In this document: in pieces, positions 10,501 to 19,952 of the stretch
Position numbering within the stretch: position 1 is the stretch's first letter
Layout of the letters: every line of letters begins with the position of its first letter
Virus record (IMG/VR): IMGVR_UViG_3300020430_001078
Strand: one strand, 5' to 3'
From: an uncultured virus (IMG/VR IMGVR_UViG_3300020430_001078)
Taxonomy: Duplodnaviria > Heunggongvirae > Uroviricota > Caudoviricetes
DNA: 64,000 bases
The notes under the pieces: generated by a model
What the model saw: the letters and a program-made list of their open reading frames with translations, nothing else
The model's database searches: none
What the model was told of the DNA's origin: nothing
Position numbers and translations under genes: made by a program

Positions 10501-11387
10501 TACAAAAAGACATTAAGATGTTAGTGTATGCAGGAATAGAAACAAAAGAAATAAGAAATTATATTTCTGTAACTAGAAAAAATCACAAACGTAAAAGATT
10601 TAAATTAGGTGCAGTAAAAAGTGCATTGGCTAAAAAAGCAGGCAGTACAGATACAGTATATGAAGTGGTGTATATAGAAGTTATTGATCCTGTAGATGTA
10701 ACTACTGGAACAAAAAAAGTACAAAGTAGAACAACTGTTTTCAATAAAAATAAAATAACTGTTGATAGTGTTGAACTAGAAACTTCAGATGATGTTTCAA
10801 AAGAAGGATCAGGATTAGCAGTATTTGAGATTAGAAATAGTATTGACCAAATTATACTAGTAAGAGCATTTGGAAATGACTTAGAAATTATAGGTAGAAA
10901 TGGTTCAATAATCGTTGATGCTAACGGAACCATACAAGTTACAACTAGATCAGGAGCAGTGGTTACTGCTGGACAAATTGCAACAACATCAAGTGATCCA
11001 TTTAGATTTAGACCAAACGGAACACCTATCAAAGTATCAAGTGATGCAATTAAAGTAAGTGATTCAAACGATCAAAGTAGATATATCAGCAACATTACAA
11101 ATATGCGTGATAACCTAAGATCAGTTGGTACTACAGAAGCTAACTTTTTACCATTATGGATGTCTACTGCACAAACCAATACAGTTGAAGAATTGGGCTA
11201 CGTGACAGCTATTCCATTGTGCTATTGTAAGCCAGGTACAAGTGCCCAAATCATGTTAAATATCAAAAATAATGGCTTTGATTTCCGCCAATTAGACTTT
11301 GAAATTGACAGATATGTGATAGATAATACTACTGGAAACAGCAACGAGCAATATATTCCGTTCGGGAATTACAGTTTTAATGTTTAA
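7578..11387 (+). CDS. Large baseplate/structural protein with Ig-like (He_PIG-type) repeats, cupredoxin-like module and inserted alpha/beta-hydrolase
   Basis: Repeated G.LPPG..L....G.I.G units; YYCQYHAGMGG; LLHGSGG, GFSNG, D.VIP, GH esterase motifs. Confidence 0.75.
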   Translation: MAVPSWTQNSGYKLGTLQERVTTSITLPIAPGSASGTGFDPSTTAISLPAQTRLQNSSTINITKTWTQGGSPTINYTVTFQYVGNGNKYFINGVQQPTLELAEGNTYIFDWSPSPTHPVRFSTTAGGTHSGGTEYTTGVTVDMINYRTTIVVPASAPTLYYYCQYHAGMGGQANTPSTPGVVTYTYPMAIRVPTIPALLNKRVPVAILLHGSGGNGPNEINSWQNYLGDHIIVAPTGYDNAWNVAHETSKAPDIEMLTDLITLLKDFVNVDNSKIRIIGFSNGAALANRAYVQIDDPALDTIVTNASQFFDPMLRNNTFYIPSGQTGITNAEYNTAKTPLKGRRFLNIHSENDNVIPYAGGSHAFGYSFYSAQQSVFEVAKSQGYTGGIIPDVGGIYYGVTGVYYYSYLAGQVIHYKTPAGHDVLDYMKQIVTNYLTYTQESAPNIFLESGSVTSINLNTDVITLISGELPGGMRLLDNKIVGTPFEVQRDTEFEFVLRAKNDDGVRDRTFKIEIQGPDEPVWTTAKGKLPLGPNNSFYILDSSIVNFQLNAIDDDLPTGQSLEYFIADGDGTLPPGIQLTTDGRLVGVVDPILALDKRSGNGFYDTVQYDQYAFDFGMRSANGFESYYYDTQGYDYAIPTQSPKKLNRTYEFSVSVSDGDTITKREFQIFLVGDDFLRADNTIMQVGTGIFTADNTYLRTPVWLTPADLGFKRANNYVTLFLDVFDPNTVVGVLNYQLQSTNEDGSASTLPPGMTLDVTTGEIAGRVPYQPAVTKEYKFTIKAIRYTSINSVLAEKAKTFTVKILGEVESTINWNTAANLGSINANFISTFSVNATTSVPRAILLYNLVSGTLPPGLALNFNGEIVGKVRQFSSGTNLGLTTIDKNEFTLDGGTTSIDRKFTFTVQARDRFGFSATTREFNIVVSDPDNVTFSNLFVKPFLKSSQRTAYNNFIGDPNVFTPASIYRPNDPEFGLQKDIKMLVYAGIETKEIRNYISVTRKNHKRKRFKLGAVKSALAKKAGSTDTVYEVVYIEVIDPVDVTTGTKKVQSRTTVFNKNKITVDSVELETSDDVSKEGSGLAVFEIRNSIDQIILVRAFGNDLEIIGRNGSIIVDANGTIQVTTRSGAVVTAGQIATTSSDPFRFRPNGTPIKVSSDAIKVSDSNDQSRYISNITNMRDNLRSVGTTEANFLPLWMSTAQTNTVEELGYVTAIPLCYCKPGTSAQIMLNIKNNGFDFRQLDFEIDRYVIDNTTGNSNEQYIPFGNYSFNV

Positions 11388-11420
11388 GCAGATAAATATA
11401 TATGCTAGAGAGGATATAAA

Positions 11421-11987
11421 ATGGCAAGTAATATAAACAGTACAGGTGTTGATGCAACTTTTCCTATCGCAGGACAGGATAATGATTCACAAGGTTTCAG
11501 AAATAACTTTAATACAATCAAAAATAACTTTACTGCGGCTAAGAGTGAAATAGAAGCATTACAAACAAATACTGCAAAATTGAATGCCGCTAATAACTTT
11601 CTAGGGAATGACGTCAGCGGAGCAAATTTAATTGCAAACACAGAAAAGGTTTATGCTGGCGGGACTGTTACAAGTCCACAAAACATCAGCTTTACCAACG
11701 GTAACTATCAAACATTTACGATAGGAAATAACATTACACTTACTTTCGCAGATTGGCCAGCGGCTAATAAAGTTGGAAAAATAAGATTAGTGTTATTAGA
11801 TACACTAGGCGACAGTACAACTAGAGTTGTAACATGGTCAACAGAAGGTGGCGGAACTATTAAGTATGGCCCAGGATTTCCAAGTCCTTTCAATGTTGCA
11901 TCAAACACAAATCCAGTTGTGGTTGACTTCTGGACACACGATGGTGGGTCAACTGTGTATGCTGAATACGTCGGCGTCTTTGCATAA
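11421..11987 (+). CDS. Virion structural protein
   Basis: FPIAGQDNDSQGFRNNF N-terminus; TAAATA and GAGG upstream; follows baseplate genes. Confidence 0.6.
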   Translation: MASNINSTGVDATFPIAGQDNDSQGFRNNFNTIKNNFTAAKSEIEALQTNTAKLNAANNFLGNDVSGANLIANTEKVYAGGTVTSPQNISFTNGNYQTFTIGNNITLTFADWPAANKVGKIRLVLLDTLGDSTTRVVTWSTEGGGTIKYGPGFPSPFNVASNTNPVVVDFWTHDGGSTVYAEYVGVFA

Positions 11988-12002
11988 TAATAGGTAATAA
12001 TT

Positions 12003-12227
12003 ATGGATCACCCGTTAATTGATAATGTGTCTGATCTCTCGGACGAACAAATAGACGAAAACATTGTAAAACTTACAAAAAAATATTTTCAAACACGCAA
12101 TCCACAAGCCAAACAACAATTACAAACTGTACTCGATATGTACAAACTAGAGAAAAGAGACCGCTTTATCAAGAATCGGATGAATCCGGGCAATAATGAT
12201 CTTGACAAATTGATCAATATCGAGTAA
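12003..12227 (+). CDS. Hypothetical protein
   Basis: 74 aa ORF with AGGT RBS. Confidence 0.6.
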   Translation: MDHPLIDNVSDLSDEQIDENIVKLTKKYFQTRNPQAKQQLQTVLDMYKLEKRDRFIKNRMNPGNNDLDKLINIE

Positions 12228-12230
12228 TAT
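12202..12230 (+). promoter_or_regulatory. Sigma70-type promoter
   Basis: TTGACA-17-TAATAT, 6 nt before ATG 12237. Confidence 0.7.
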
Positions 12231-12236
12231 ATAAGT

Positions 12237-12758
12237 ATGCTAATGAAAACTGATGAATTAGGTATTCCGCGATTTTCGAATCAAGATCTAATAGATATGA
12301 TATACACAGGTCATATTGACAAGTGTCATGTTGTACTATGTGATCCACATGATGATATAGACAAGTTCAATAATCATGCAAAAGAAAATGGAATTGGTAC
12401 ACTCAAAAAATATGTGCCAATTGATGTAGACAAAAGCAAGTTTGATAAAACATTACAGTCTGAATGGTTCATGCCAGAAGAATACAAGAATTTGAATGTT
12501 GAAGAAAAAATTATCAATATGTGCAAAACTGAACAAGAAGTCAGTAGAGCATACGAAGAACTAAAAGAATTTCACGATCGAGATATGTATAACTTATTAC
12601 GTTATATGTTTTACTTGGTCGACTTTATGCGTAAAAATAATATAGTATGGGGCGTAGGAAGAGGATCAAGCACATCTAGTTTTGTGCTGTTTTTGATTGG
12701 GATACACAAGATCAATCCAATTCAGTTTCAACTAGACTGGCGTGAGTTCCTGAGATAA
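12237..12758 (+). CDS. Stand-alone fragment homologous to DNA polymerase III alpha (DnaE) polymerase-domain N-part
   Basis: R..EEL, Y...LVDFMRKNNIVWGVGRGSS.SS.VLFLIGIHKINP..LDWREFL matches the DnaE GxGRGS segment. Confidence 0.8.
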   Translation: MLMKTDELGIPRFSNQDLIDMIYTGHIDKCHVVLCDPHDDIDKFNNHAKENGIGTLKKYVPIDVDKSKFDKTLQSEWFMPEEYKNLNVEEKIINMCKTEQEVSRAYEELKEFHDRDMYNLLRYMFYLVDFMRKNNIVWGVGRGSSTSSFVLFLIGIHKINPIQFQLDWREFLR

Positions 12759-12783
12759 ATACGTACATAATAGGAGAATAGTT

Positions 12784-13200
12784 ATGGCAATGAAACAAAG
12801 CGGTCGTAAGCAATATACAACCATGCAAGGTAAAAAAATTGACATGGATTTGCTAAGACAAAGAAATGAACTAACTCCTGCGGTTGGAAATGCCCGTGTA
12901 AATGCACGTGGTGACGAATTAGGCCCAGGTGGTAAGATCATAAAAAAACGCGAAGAAGTTTTAGGCGAATACTACAGAGATCATCCTCAAGCAGTTCCAG
13001 ATGAAGTACCAGGTCAAGGTACTGTGGAACCAGATGCAGATGCAAAAGAAGCCATTGAAAAAGTAAAAGCTGAGACATCAAGTCCAGTTGAACAAGAAAT
13101 GGCGGCAATCGATGAAGAAGCAGAAGCAACAAACACATCAACAGATGACGGTGAGTGGGTTGAAGATGATGATGGTAATTTTGTCAAAAAAGGAAAATAA
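12784..13200 (+). CDS. Hypothetical protein, acidic C-terminus
   Basis: TAAATA and AGGAG upstream; AVGNARVNARGDELGPGG motif. Confidence 0.7.
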   Translation: MAMKQSGRKQYTTMQGKKIDMDLLRQRNELTPAVGNARVNARGDELGPGGKIIKKREEVLGEYYRDHPQAVPDEVPGQGTVEPDADAKEAIEKVKAETSSPVEQEMAAIDEEAEATNTSTDDGEWVEDDDGNFVKKGK

Positions 13201-13203
13201 TTA

Positions 13204-13572
13204 ATGGTTGACGGTACGGCACTGGGAGCTGGTCCCAAGTTAAAACCAGAACTTAAAGGAAAACTTATCCCCATCAAAGATCATATTTTAGCATACAATA
13301 TGAACTTTGGAGAACGTACTACCAAAGGGGGAATCATACAATTATCCGACGATGGAAAAGAACATGGTATTAGAAGTCGTTGGTGCCAGGTATATAGCAA
13401 AGGTAAAAACAACACTGATGAATATCAAGTTGGTGATTGGATTTATGTTGAGCATGGTAGATGGACCAGAGGCGTAAAGCTAGATGAACCTGACTTAGGT
13501 CAGATAGAAGTTAGACGTGTGGAGCCAGATGCTGTTTTGTTAATGAGTAAAGAAAAGCCTGAGGAGGTTTAA
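13204..13572 (+). CDS. groES: GroES-like co-chaperonin
   Basis: LIPIKDHIL, ERTTKGGII mobile loop, VGDWI. Confidence 0.75.
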   Translation: MVDGTALGAGPKLKPELKGKLIPIKDHILAYNMNFGERTTKGGIIQLSDDGKEHGIRSRWCQVYSKGKNNTDEYQVGDWIYVEHGRWTRGVKLDEPDLGQIEVRRVEPDAVLLMSKEKPEEV

Positions 13573-13986
13573 TTGCCAAACATAGACCTAAAAAAATACG
13601 AGGACTTTGTAAAGAAAGTTACTAGTAAAGAAAGCAACCAGTTGTCGGAAATGTTCTACGCAACTAAAGAGCTTGAAAGTAAAAATCCTAATATCAATAT
13701 GTCATTGTTGTTAACTGGTGGTATAGGATTGTCATCAGAAACAGGAGAGTTTAATGAGATTATTAAAAAATGTATCTTCCAAGGCAAACCACTTAATGAT
13801 GAAACTGTATTTCACTGTAAACGAGAACTTGGTGATATTATGTGGTATTGGATTAGTTCTTGCCGTGCTCTTGGTTTGGACCCAAACGAAGTCATAGAAG
13901 AGAATGTAAACAAACTGAAGAGCCGTTATCCAGATGGAGAGTTTGATGTGCATTATAGTGAGAATCGCCAGGACGGAGATCTATAG
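13573..13986 (+). CDS. MazG-like nucleotide pyrophosphohydrolase
   Basis: GLSSETGEFNEIIKK, ELGDIMWY, NVNKLKSRY. Confidence 0.85.
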   Translation: MPNIDLKKYEDFVKKVTSKESNQLSEMFYATKELESKNPNINMSLLLTGGIGLSSETGEFNEIIKKCIFQGKPLNDETVFHCKRELGDIMWYWISSCRALGLDPNEVIEENVNKLKSRYPDGEFDVHYSENRQDGDL

Positions 13987-14008
13987 CCGTCAAACGTATT
14001 AAATATAC

Positions 14009-14803
14009 GTGATGTCCGATTTCGAAAAAGAAAAAATTAAAGTACTCGATGATGTTGTACCAAAATGGTTACATCGTAAAGCAGTAGAAACAGTACCCTA
14101 CCTTCCACTCAGATGGGGACACAGAGGACTTGGCCCTTCACAAGGTTATCAGTTCTTTAGCGATCAATGGAAACATGAAGAAATAGAAAAGGCACCGTGG
14201 GTGTTACAAGCAATATGGATGGCCTTTGAAGAACAAAAACATTTAATTGATCCTGATGTAGGTGACATACAATTAAATCAAATACAAATTAATTTAACAA
14301 CAAAAGATCACATAGGTGGTCTTCATGTAGATATACATGACGGCACTGAAGCATACACTATGGTTTATTCAGTGTGCGGCGATAGTGGCATGGACTTCTG
14401 GAGCAACAATCCAGAACATATTAATCCACGCATAGCAGAATTATCAGACATGGCTACTAGAGGAGAAGCCACACAAGAAGAGGTTGAAGAAGAATTAAAC
14501 AAAACAAAAGAACGTGCAAAAGCTAACCAAGGAATGAGAACCAAAGACGCAACATGGTATGAAGATGATTTCAGTAATCATGAAGGAGAAATGGACAGTT
14601 ACAGATGGCATTCAGTTGATTACAAAGAAGGAAGATGTATTGTATTTCCTAGCAAGTTTATACACCAAGGCCTGCCACCTAAAACAGTAAGTCCAAGAGT
14701 AACGATAGGTTATATCTTTAGCGGCCAGACATCTACATTTGCTAGAGACAGGGGCGTAATATATCCTATCTTTAAAAAGGAGCAAGAGAAACTTGGAAAA
14801 TAG
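14009..14803 (+). CDS. 2OG-Fe(II) oxygenase
   Basis: LHVD, GRCIVFPSKFIHQG, RVTI. Confidence 0.75.
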   Translation: MMSDFEKEKIKVLDDVVPKWLHRKAVETVPYLPLRWGHRGLGPSQGYQFFSDQWKHEEIEKAPWVLQAIWMAFEEQKHLIDPDVGDIQLNQIQINLTTKDHIGGLHVDIHDGTEAYTMVYSVCGDSGMDFWSNNPEHINPRIAELSDMATRGEATQEEVEEELNKTKERAKANQGMRTKDATWYEDDFSNHEGEMDSYRWHSVDYKEGRCIVFPSKFIHQGLPPKTVSPRVTIGYIFSGQTSTFARDRGVIYPIFKKEQEKLGK

Positions 14804-15344
14804 TATTATAGTAATGGACGACATAGTCCCTGATTGGTTACAGGAACAATGTGAAGCAACACTTCCTCATCAACCTATTAAGTTTGGCAAAGATGGATTT
14901 ACACAAACTTGGCCTGACATGAATGATTTACCTTGGGAACTTAAGGCACTATGGTGTGCAATAAGTTATCGTAGGCATGACATAAAAGCTAAAATACCTT
15001 TGTTTGGTAAAGCTGGTTTTTTGACATTACTAAACGTACAAGCAAATATGTCAACTGAAGAACATTATCCTGATCTTGTAGCAATGGACGAACCATATGA
15101 TGTAGACAATCGTGGCAAAATGGTATATTCAGATAAATCAAATTTTGCTGTCTATTATATGTTACAAGGAGATAGTGGCATGGAGTTTTATCATAGAGAT
15201 GGTAAAACAAAATTTCAAACTGTTGAATTCAAAAAAGGCAGATGTGTTATATTTCCTGCCCGAACAGTTCATAAGGAAATCAAACCAAAAGAATTGACTC
15301 CAAGATTTAGTGTATGTTATCTTTTTAGTGGATTATATGCTTGA
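14793..15344 (+). CDS. 2OG-Fe(II) oxygenase-like protein (divergent paralog)
   Basis: GRCVIFPARTVH, PRFSV; HxD not clear. Confidence 0.6.
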   Translation: MENSIIVMDDIVPDWLQEQCEATLPHQPIKFGKDGFTQTWPDMNDLPWELKALWCAISYRRHDIKAKIPLFGKAGFLTLLNVQANMSTEEHYPDLVAMDEPYDVDNRGKMVYSDKSNFAVYYMLQGDSGMEFYHRDGKTKFQTVEFKKGRCVIFPARTVHKEIKPKELTPRFSVCYLFSGLYA

Positions 15345-15369
15345 CTTTTTTGTTTTTTTATCGTATAAT
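15341..15369 (+). promoter_or_regulatory. Sigma70-type promoter
   Basis: TTGACT-17-TATAAT. Confidence 0.85.
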
Positions 15370-15388
15370 AAACAAAATAGGAGTATAG

Positions 15389-15556
15389 ATGAAACTTCCA
15401 ACAACTGAATTACAAGGTATTGGTACTACTGGCGCCGCCGGTATTACTTTAATGATATTACATATTACTGGTTTTCTAACACATTGGAGTTGGCCAATAT
15501 TATATGTGATGCTAATTTTAATGGGCATTGGTCAAGAAAGAGGTGCTAAGAAATGA
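15389..15556 (+). CDS. Small membrane protein (55 aa, not in ORF track)
   Basis: AGGAG RBS; MKLPTTELQGIGTTGAAGITLMILHITG...; stop overlaps ATG 15553. Confidence 0.7.
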   Translation: MKLPTTELQGIGTTGAAGITLMILHITGFLTHWSWPILYVMLILMGIGQERGAKK

Positions 15557-16467
15557 AAGAACTTTGGGTAGAAAAGTATCGTCCAAAAACTGTTGAAGGA
15601 TATGTTTTTAGAGATGAACATCAAAAGAAACAGGTTCAACAATGGATCAAGGAAGAAACTATTCCACATTTATTGTTCAGTGGTAATGCTGGTATTGGTA
15701 AAACAACACTTGCAAAACTATTGTTCAATGAACTTGAAATAAATGAATTTGACATACTTGAAATAAATGCAAGTAGAACAAATAGTGTTGATGACGTAAG
15801 AGACAAGATTGTAAACTTTGTACAAATGATTCCATTTGGTAAGTTTAAGGTTGTGTTACTAGATGAGGCAGACTATTTGAGTCCAAATGCACAGGCGGCA
15901 CTACGTGGTGTGATGGAAGAGTATCATACAACAAGCAGATTCATATTAACTTGTAACTATCCAAACAGAATTATTCCAGCACTACATTCAAGATGTCAAG
16001 GATTCCATATTGCAAAAGTAGACGTAAATGAATTTACTGCAAGAGTGGCACAGATACTTATTGATGAAGGTGTGAAGCCTGACTTGGACACACTTGACAC
16101 TTATGTAAAAGCATCATATCCTGACTTAAGAAAATGTATAAACACAGTTCAAATGAATTCACAAGATGGTGTGTTACTGAAGCCAAATGAAAGTGATAAA
16201 AATGAAGCTGACTGGAAGTTTGAAATGGTCGAACTGTTCAAAGCAGGCGATATTACAAAAGCAAGAAAACTTGTTTGTGCAAGTGCAAGAGCAGAAGAGA
16301 TGGAAGAAGTTTACAGATGGCTATATGATAACATAGAACTATTTGGTGATGAAGAAAAACAAGACAAAGCAGTCATTATAATTAAACAAGGACTAGTTGA
16401 TCACACTCTAGTTGTAGATCCGGAGATAAATTTAGCCGCAACACTTATTAAATTAGCTAGATTATAA
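15553..16467 (+). CDS. Clamp loader AAA+ subunit (RFC-small/gp44-like)
   Basis: [25 protein letters not shown] motif. Confidence 0.92.
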   Translation: MKELWVEKYRPKTVEGYVFRDEHQKKQVQQWIKEETIPHLLFSGNAGIGKTTLAKLLFNELEINEFDILEINASRTNSVDDVRDKIVNFVQMIPFGKFKVVLLDEADYLSPNAQAALRGVMEEYHTTSRFILTCNYPNRIIPALHSRCQGFHIAKVDVNEFTARVAQILIDEGVKPDLDTLDTYVKASYPDLRKCINTVQMNSQDGVLLKPNESDKNEADWKFEMVELFKAGDITKARKLVCASARAEEMEEVYRWLYDNIELFGDEEKQDKAVIIIKQGLVDHTLVVDPEINLAATLIKLARL

Positions 16468-16474
16468 ATACTAC

Positions 16475-16816
16475 ATGACATATCTTGTCAATGACAAATG
16501 TATAAAATGCAAACATATGGATTGCGTGGAAGTTTGTCCAGTAGACTGTTTTTATGAAGGCGAGAATATGCTCGTCATTAATCCAGACGAATGTATAGAC
16601 TGTGGCGTATGTGAGCCCGAGTGTCCTGTTGATGCAATCATATCAGACAACGAGCCAGGAAGTGATAAATGGCTTGACCTCAATAGTAAATATAGCAATA
16701 TATGGCCGTTGATTTCACAGAAACGTGAAGAAGATGTTCCTACAGATGCAAAAGAGTGGGCCGATGTGCCTGACAAGATGGAACATTTTTCAGAGAAGCC
16801 TGGTAAAGGAGATTAG
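16475..16816 (+). CDS. fdxA: Ferredoxin (FdxA type)
   Basis: [21 protein letters not shown]...[12 protein letters not shown]. Confidence 0.92.
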   Translation: MTYLVNDKCIKCKHMDCVEVCPVDCFYEGENMLVINPDECIDCGVCEPECPVDAIISDNEPGSDKWLDLNSKYSNIWPLISQKREEDVPTDAKEWADVPDKMEHFSEKPGKGD

Positions 16817-16818
16817 AT

Positions 16819-17142
16819 ATGAAAATGAGAGCATCACACATATTGTTTTCTTATGCTGGTGCACAGAACAGTACCCATAGCAGAGGTATTGCGTTTGCGA
16901 TGCAAGATGCAGAAAGGGTGCAAAAAGATATTGAAGAAGGAAAATATTCATTTCAAATTGCCGCAAAAGAAAATAGTGCTTGTCCAAGTGGTAAAAGATC
17001 AGGAGGAGACTTAGGCTGGTTTGAGGAAGAAGAAATGGTGGTAGAATTTACAACCGCTTGTAAAACTATTCCCGTTGGACAATTAGGACATCACCCAGTA
17101 ATTTCACCTTTTGGTGTTCACATCATTTATAGAACAGGATAA
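16819..17142 (+). CDS. Parvulin-type peptidyl-prolyl isomerase
   Basis: RASHIL, SACPSG..GGDLGWF, SPFGVHII. Confidence 0.9.
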   Translation: MKMRASHILFSYAGAQNSTHSRGIAFAMQDAERVQKDIEEGKYSFQIAAKENSACPSGKRSGGDLGWFEEEEMVVEFTTACKTIPVGQLGHHPVISPFGVHIIYRTG

Positions 17143-17146
17143 TACA

Positions 17147-17815
17147 ATGTCAGTAAAATTAATTTCATTTAGCCAAGCTCCCGAAGGTTGGGACGGATTC
17201 GATTGTCAGGAACTTATTGCCTTTTGTGCCAGAGTAAGTAATCCAAGTAATCAAATGAATAAGGAAACAAGCAAAAAACTTATTAGGTATTTGATCAAAC
17301 ACAAACATTGGTCACCATTAGAAATGGTAAATGCTTGTTTGGAAATAGAAACAACAAGAGATATTGCACACCAAATTGTAAGACACAGAAGTTTTAGTTT
17401 CCAAGAGTTCAGTCAAAGGTATGCTAATCCACAAGACATGAATGAAGCATTCACTTACAGAGAACCAAGATTACAAGATCCAAAAAATAGACAAAACAGT
17501 ATAGATAGCTACGATATGGATCTTGAAATGAGTTGGGGCAACAAACAAAAGAAAGTTATTCAAGTAGCCAAAGAAGCATATGATTGGGCAATAGCACAAG
17601 GCATTGCCAAAGAACAAGCCAGAGTCGTATTGCCAGAGGGCTTGACCAAGACTAAATTATATATGAATGGAACATTAAGAAGTTGGGTCCATTATATTGA
17701 TTTGCGTGGAGCAAATGGTACGCAAAAAGAACACATGGAAATTGCTCATGCCTGTGCTGATGTAATACAACAGGTATTTCCACTAATAAAGGAATTAGAT
17801 GTCTTGGATAGCTGA
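17147..17815 (+). CDS. thyX: Flavin-dependent thymidylate synthase
   Basis: HWSPLEM, RHRSFSFQEFSQRY, ARVVLP, TQKEH. Confidence 0.95.
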   Translation: MSVKLISFSQAPEGWDGFDCQELIAFCARVSNPSNQMNKETSKKLIRYLIKHKHWSPLEMVNACLEIETTRDIAHQIVRHRSFSFQEFSQRYANPQDMNEAFTYREPRLQDPKNRQNSIDSYDMDLEMSWGNKQKKVIQVAKEAYDWAIAQGIAKEQARVVLPEGLTKTKLYMNGTLRSWVHYIDLRGANGTQKEHMEIAHACADVIQQVFPLIKELDVLDS

Positions 17816-18590
17816 TGTGATTTGGGGACAACCTAAAGAAGATAAGCCTAAGGTATATTTTGAAACAGAGAATTGGGCTGTAAGAAAATATGCACCTATT
17901 AGGCCTGCATCTGAATTTATTCCACAAGCATGGAAAAAGATGCCCACATTCACAAACAAACAAAAACACAAGATTGATAGTGAACAAACAATCAAGGCTT
18001 GTCCTGGTATAGGTGATTACATGAAAACAGGATTTATTATTCCTGCTTGGTGTGATATGGATATTACTCCTATGCCTGATGGCGAAAGTGTTGAAACAAG
18101 ATATTCAGATCCTGAATACAATAGTGCATATCATCCAGCTGATCAAGTAAGCAACAACCATAGCACGGTTTTGCAAAAGTTTGGTGTACGTGCGGCAGTT
18201 AAATTAGACTGTCCTTGGAAGATATGGCAACCTAAAGACTGGAGTCTGTTGTACCTACCAATGTTTTATTTTGATAACAGAAACTATGAAGCTATACCTG
18301 GCATGATTGATCATGACTTGGGTGCTTTAATAAGTCCTATCAACATAATGCTGAAAGAAAAACAGCCTACAAGCATCAAGCTAGGCGAACCTATTGTACA
18401 AGTAATACCTATTAAACGTGAAAAAACTATTGCTAAGACAAGTAACCTTAGCAAGACTGCCGTAGATAGACACAATGCTATCATACAAACCAACAAGATA
18501 AGTTTTAAAGGTTGGTCTAAATGGCAACACGCCCGAAAGAACTATGTAGTGGATGCCCAAGACACAGAACTTCCAGGCGACGAAGATTAG
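17799..18590 (+). CDS. Hypothetical protein (beta-rich, CPG..D...G..IP motif; similar to 49369)
   Basis: IKACPGIGDYMKTGFIIP, IKLGEPIVQVIP. Confidence 0.6.
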   Translation: MSWIADVIWGQPKEDKPKVYFETENWAVRKYAPIRPASEFIPQAWKKMPTFTNKQKHKIDSEQTIKACPGIGDYMKTGFIIPAWCDMDITPMPDGESVETRYSDPEYNSAYHPADQVSNNHSTVLQKFGVRAAVKLDCPWKIWQPKDWSLLYLPMFYFDNRNYEAIPGMIDHDLGALISPINIMLKEKQPTSIKLGEPIVQVIPIKREKTIAKTSNLSKTAVDRHNAIIQTNKISFKGWSKWQHARKNYVVDAQDTELPGDED

Positions 18591-19300
18591 TCTCCGTAGA
18601 TATCTAAAACTTCTTTAACTGCCTTATGTCTTTCAATATCGTTTTGTTGAAATCTTACTATATCTATATGGTTAAGATATCCATAACCTTCTAGTTTTTT
18701 AATAAAATCTAACAAACCGTTGTTACTAATTCTGTCTGCTTGTCTTAAATCTCCCGTTACTGCCATTTGTGATTTGTCACCTATCCTTGTAAGCAACATT
18801 TTCATTTGACTAGCAGTAGCATTTTGCATTTCGTCTGCTACGATAAATGCTTTCTTAAAAGTTCTGCCCCTCATGTATGATAGTGGAGCAATTTCTACTA
18901 TATCGTCTTGTATCATGTTCTCAACATCTCTTGAACTATAATACTCTTTGAAAACATCGAAGATAGGTCTTGTCCAAGGAGCCATCTTTTCTTCCATATT
19001 ACCTGGTAAGAAGCCAATGTCTTCGTCAACTGATACAGCTGGTCGTGTTATAACAATCTTGTCAAATAAACCTTCCTTGAAATTCTTAATAGCCACCTGG
19101 ACAGCAAGTAGTGTCTTACCGGTTCCCGCAGGACCAATCCCAAAGACTATGTCTTTTCTGGGGTCCAACAGTTTTAGCATATATGTTTCTTGATTTCTGT
19201 TTCTTGGATATATTTGTACTTGTTTGTTTTGATGTGTTTGAAAGTTAATAATGTTAGAGCGGGACTGCTCTAGACGCCGTTTGGCACGTTTTGCACCCAT
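18587..19300 (-). CDS. phoH: PhoH-like ATPase
   Basis: GPAGTGKT, GFLPG, YMRGRT, DEMQN, GDLRQ; AAGGAGG RBS on minus strand. Confidence 0.95.
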   Translation of the reverse strand: MGAKRAKRRLEQSRSNIINFQTHQNKQVQIYPRNRNQETYMLKLLDPRKDIVFGIGPAGTGKTLLAVQVAIKNFKEGLFDKIVITRPAVSVDEDIGFLPGNMEEKMAPWTRPIFDVFKEYYSSRDVENMIQDDIVEIAPLSYMRGRTFKKAFIVADEMQNATASQMKMLLTRIGDKSQMAVTGDLRQADRISNNGLLDFIKKLEGYGYLNHIDIVRFQQNDIERHKAVKEVLDIYGD

Positions 19301-19433
19301 TAAGTCCTCCTTTATGAGTTAATACCTGTAGAAACAAGTTCTACACAAATATTTACCGGTGTTAACCGCAGACATAACTGCTAACATATAAAACAAAACA
19401 GGATAAATAAGTGTATAAGGTACAGGTGACACA

Positions 19434-19952
19434 ATGCATGACGTTATAGACATAGTTAAAAACATAGAATCAGTATACGAAAGCGATACCGCTTTCAGCA
19501 TATTAAAAGACTTTGAAAGAGTAATTGATGAGTTAGATATCTATGTGTATGAAAACTGGGGAGACGGTGAATTAGTATCCGGTCCTATGATAGAAAGACA
19601 TTGGGTAACTTGTGAATTTATGTGGCCAAGAGATTCAATGCCAGATCCAGCAGGTGGTAAAAGACTTGTTGATTATGACTGCAAAGTAACCTATGAAAAA
19701 AGCTCTATTTTAAAGCCACGTAAAATTAAAGAGCCTGATGATATAAGACCAGGCAGTAAAAAAGGTAAGTTAGATAGACATCCTATATGGGTTGTAAAAA
19801 TAGCTATGCCTAAAGATTTAATTTTGAATATTTACAGTGGTTACAGAGAACAATTAGATTTCGTTAAGGAACCAGCAACTGCATCAACGCAACCAGCAGT
19901 AGATGATGTGCCACAAGAAGCAGAACAACAAGCAGAAGGTGGAGCAGTTTAA
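19434..19952 (+). CDS. Hypothetical phage protein
   Basis: 172 aa, TAAATA upstream. Confidence 0.7.
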   Translation: MHDVIDIVKNIESVYESDTAFSILKDFERVIDELDIYVYENWGDGELVSGPMIERHWVTCEFMWPRDSMPDPAGGKRLVDYDCKVTYEKSSILKPRKIKEPDDIRPGSKKGKLDRHPIWVVKIAMPKDLILNIYSGYREQLDFVKEPATASTQPAVDDVPQEAEQQAEGGAV

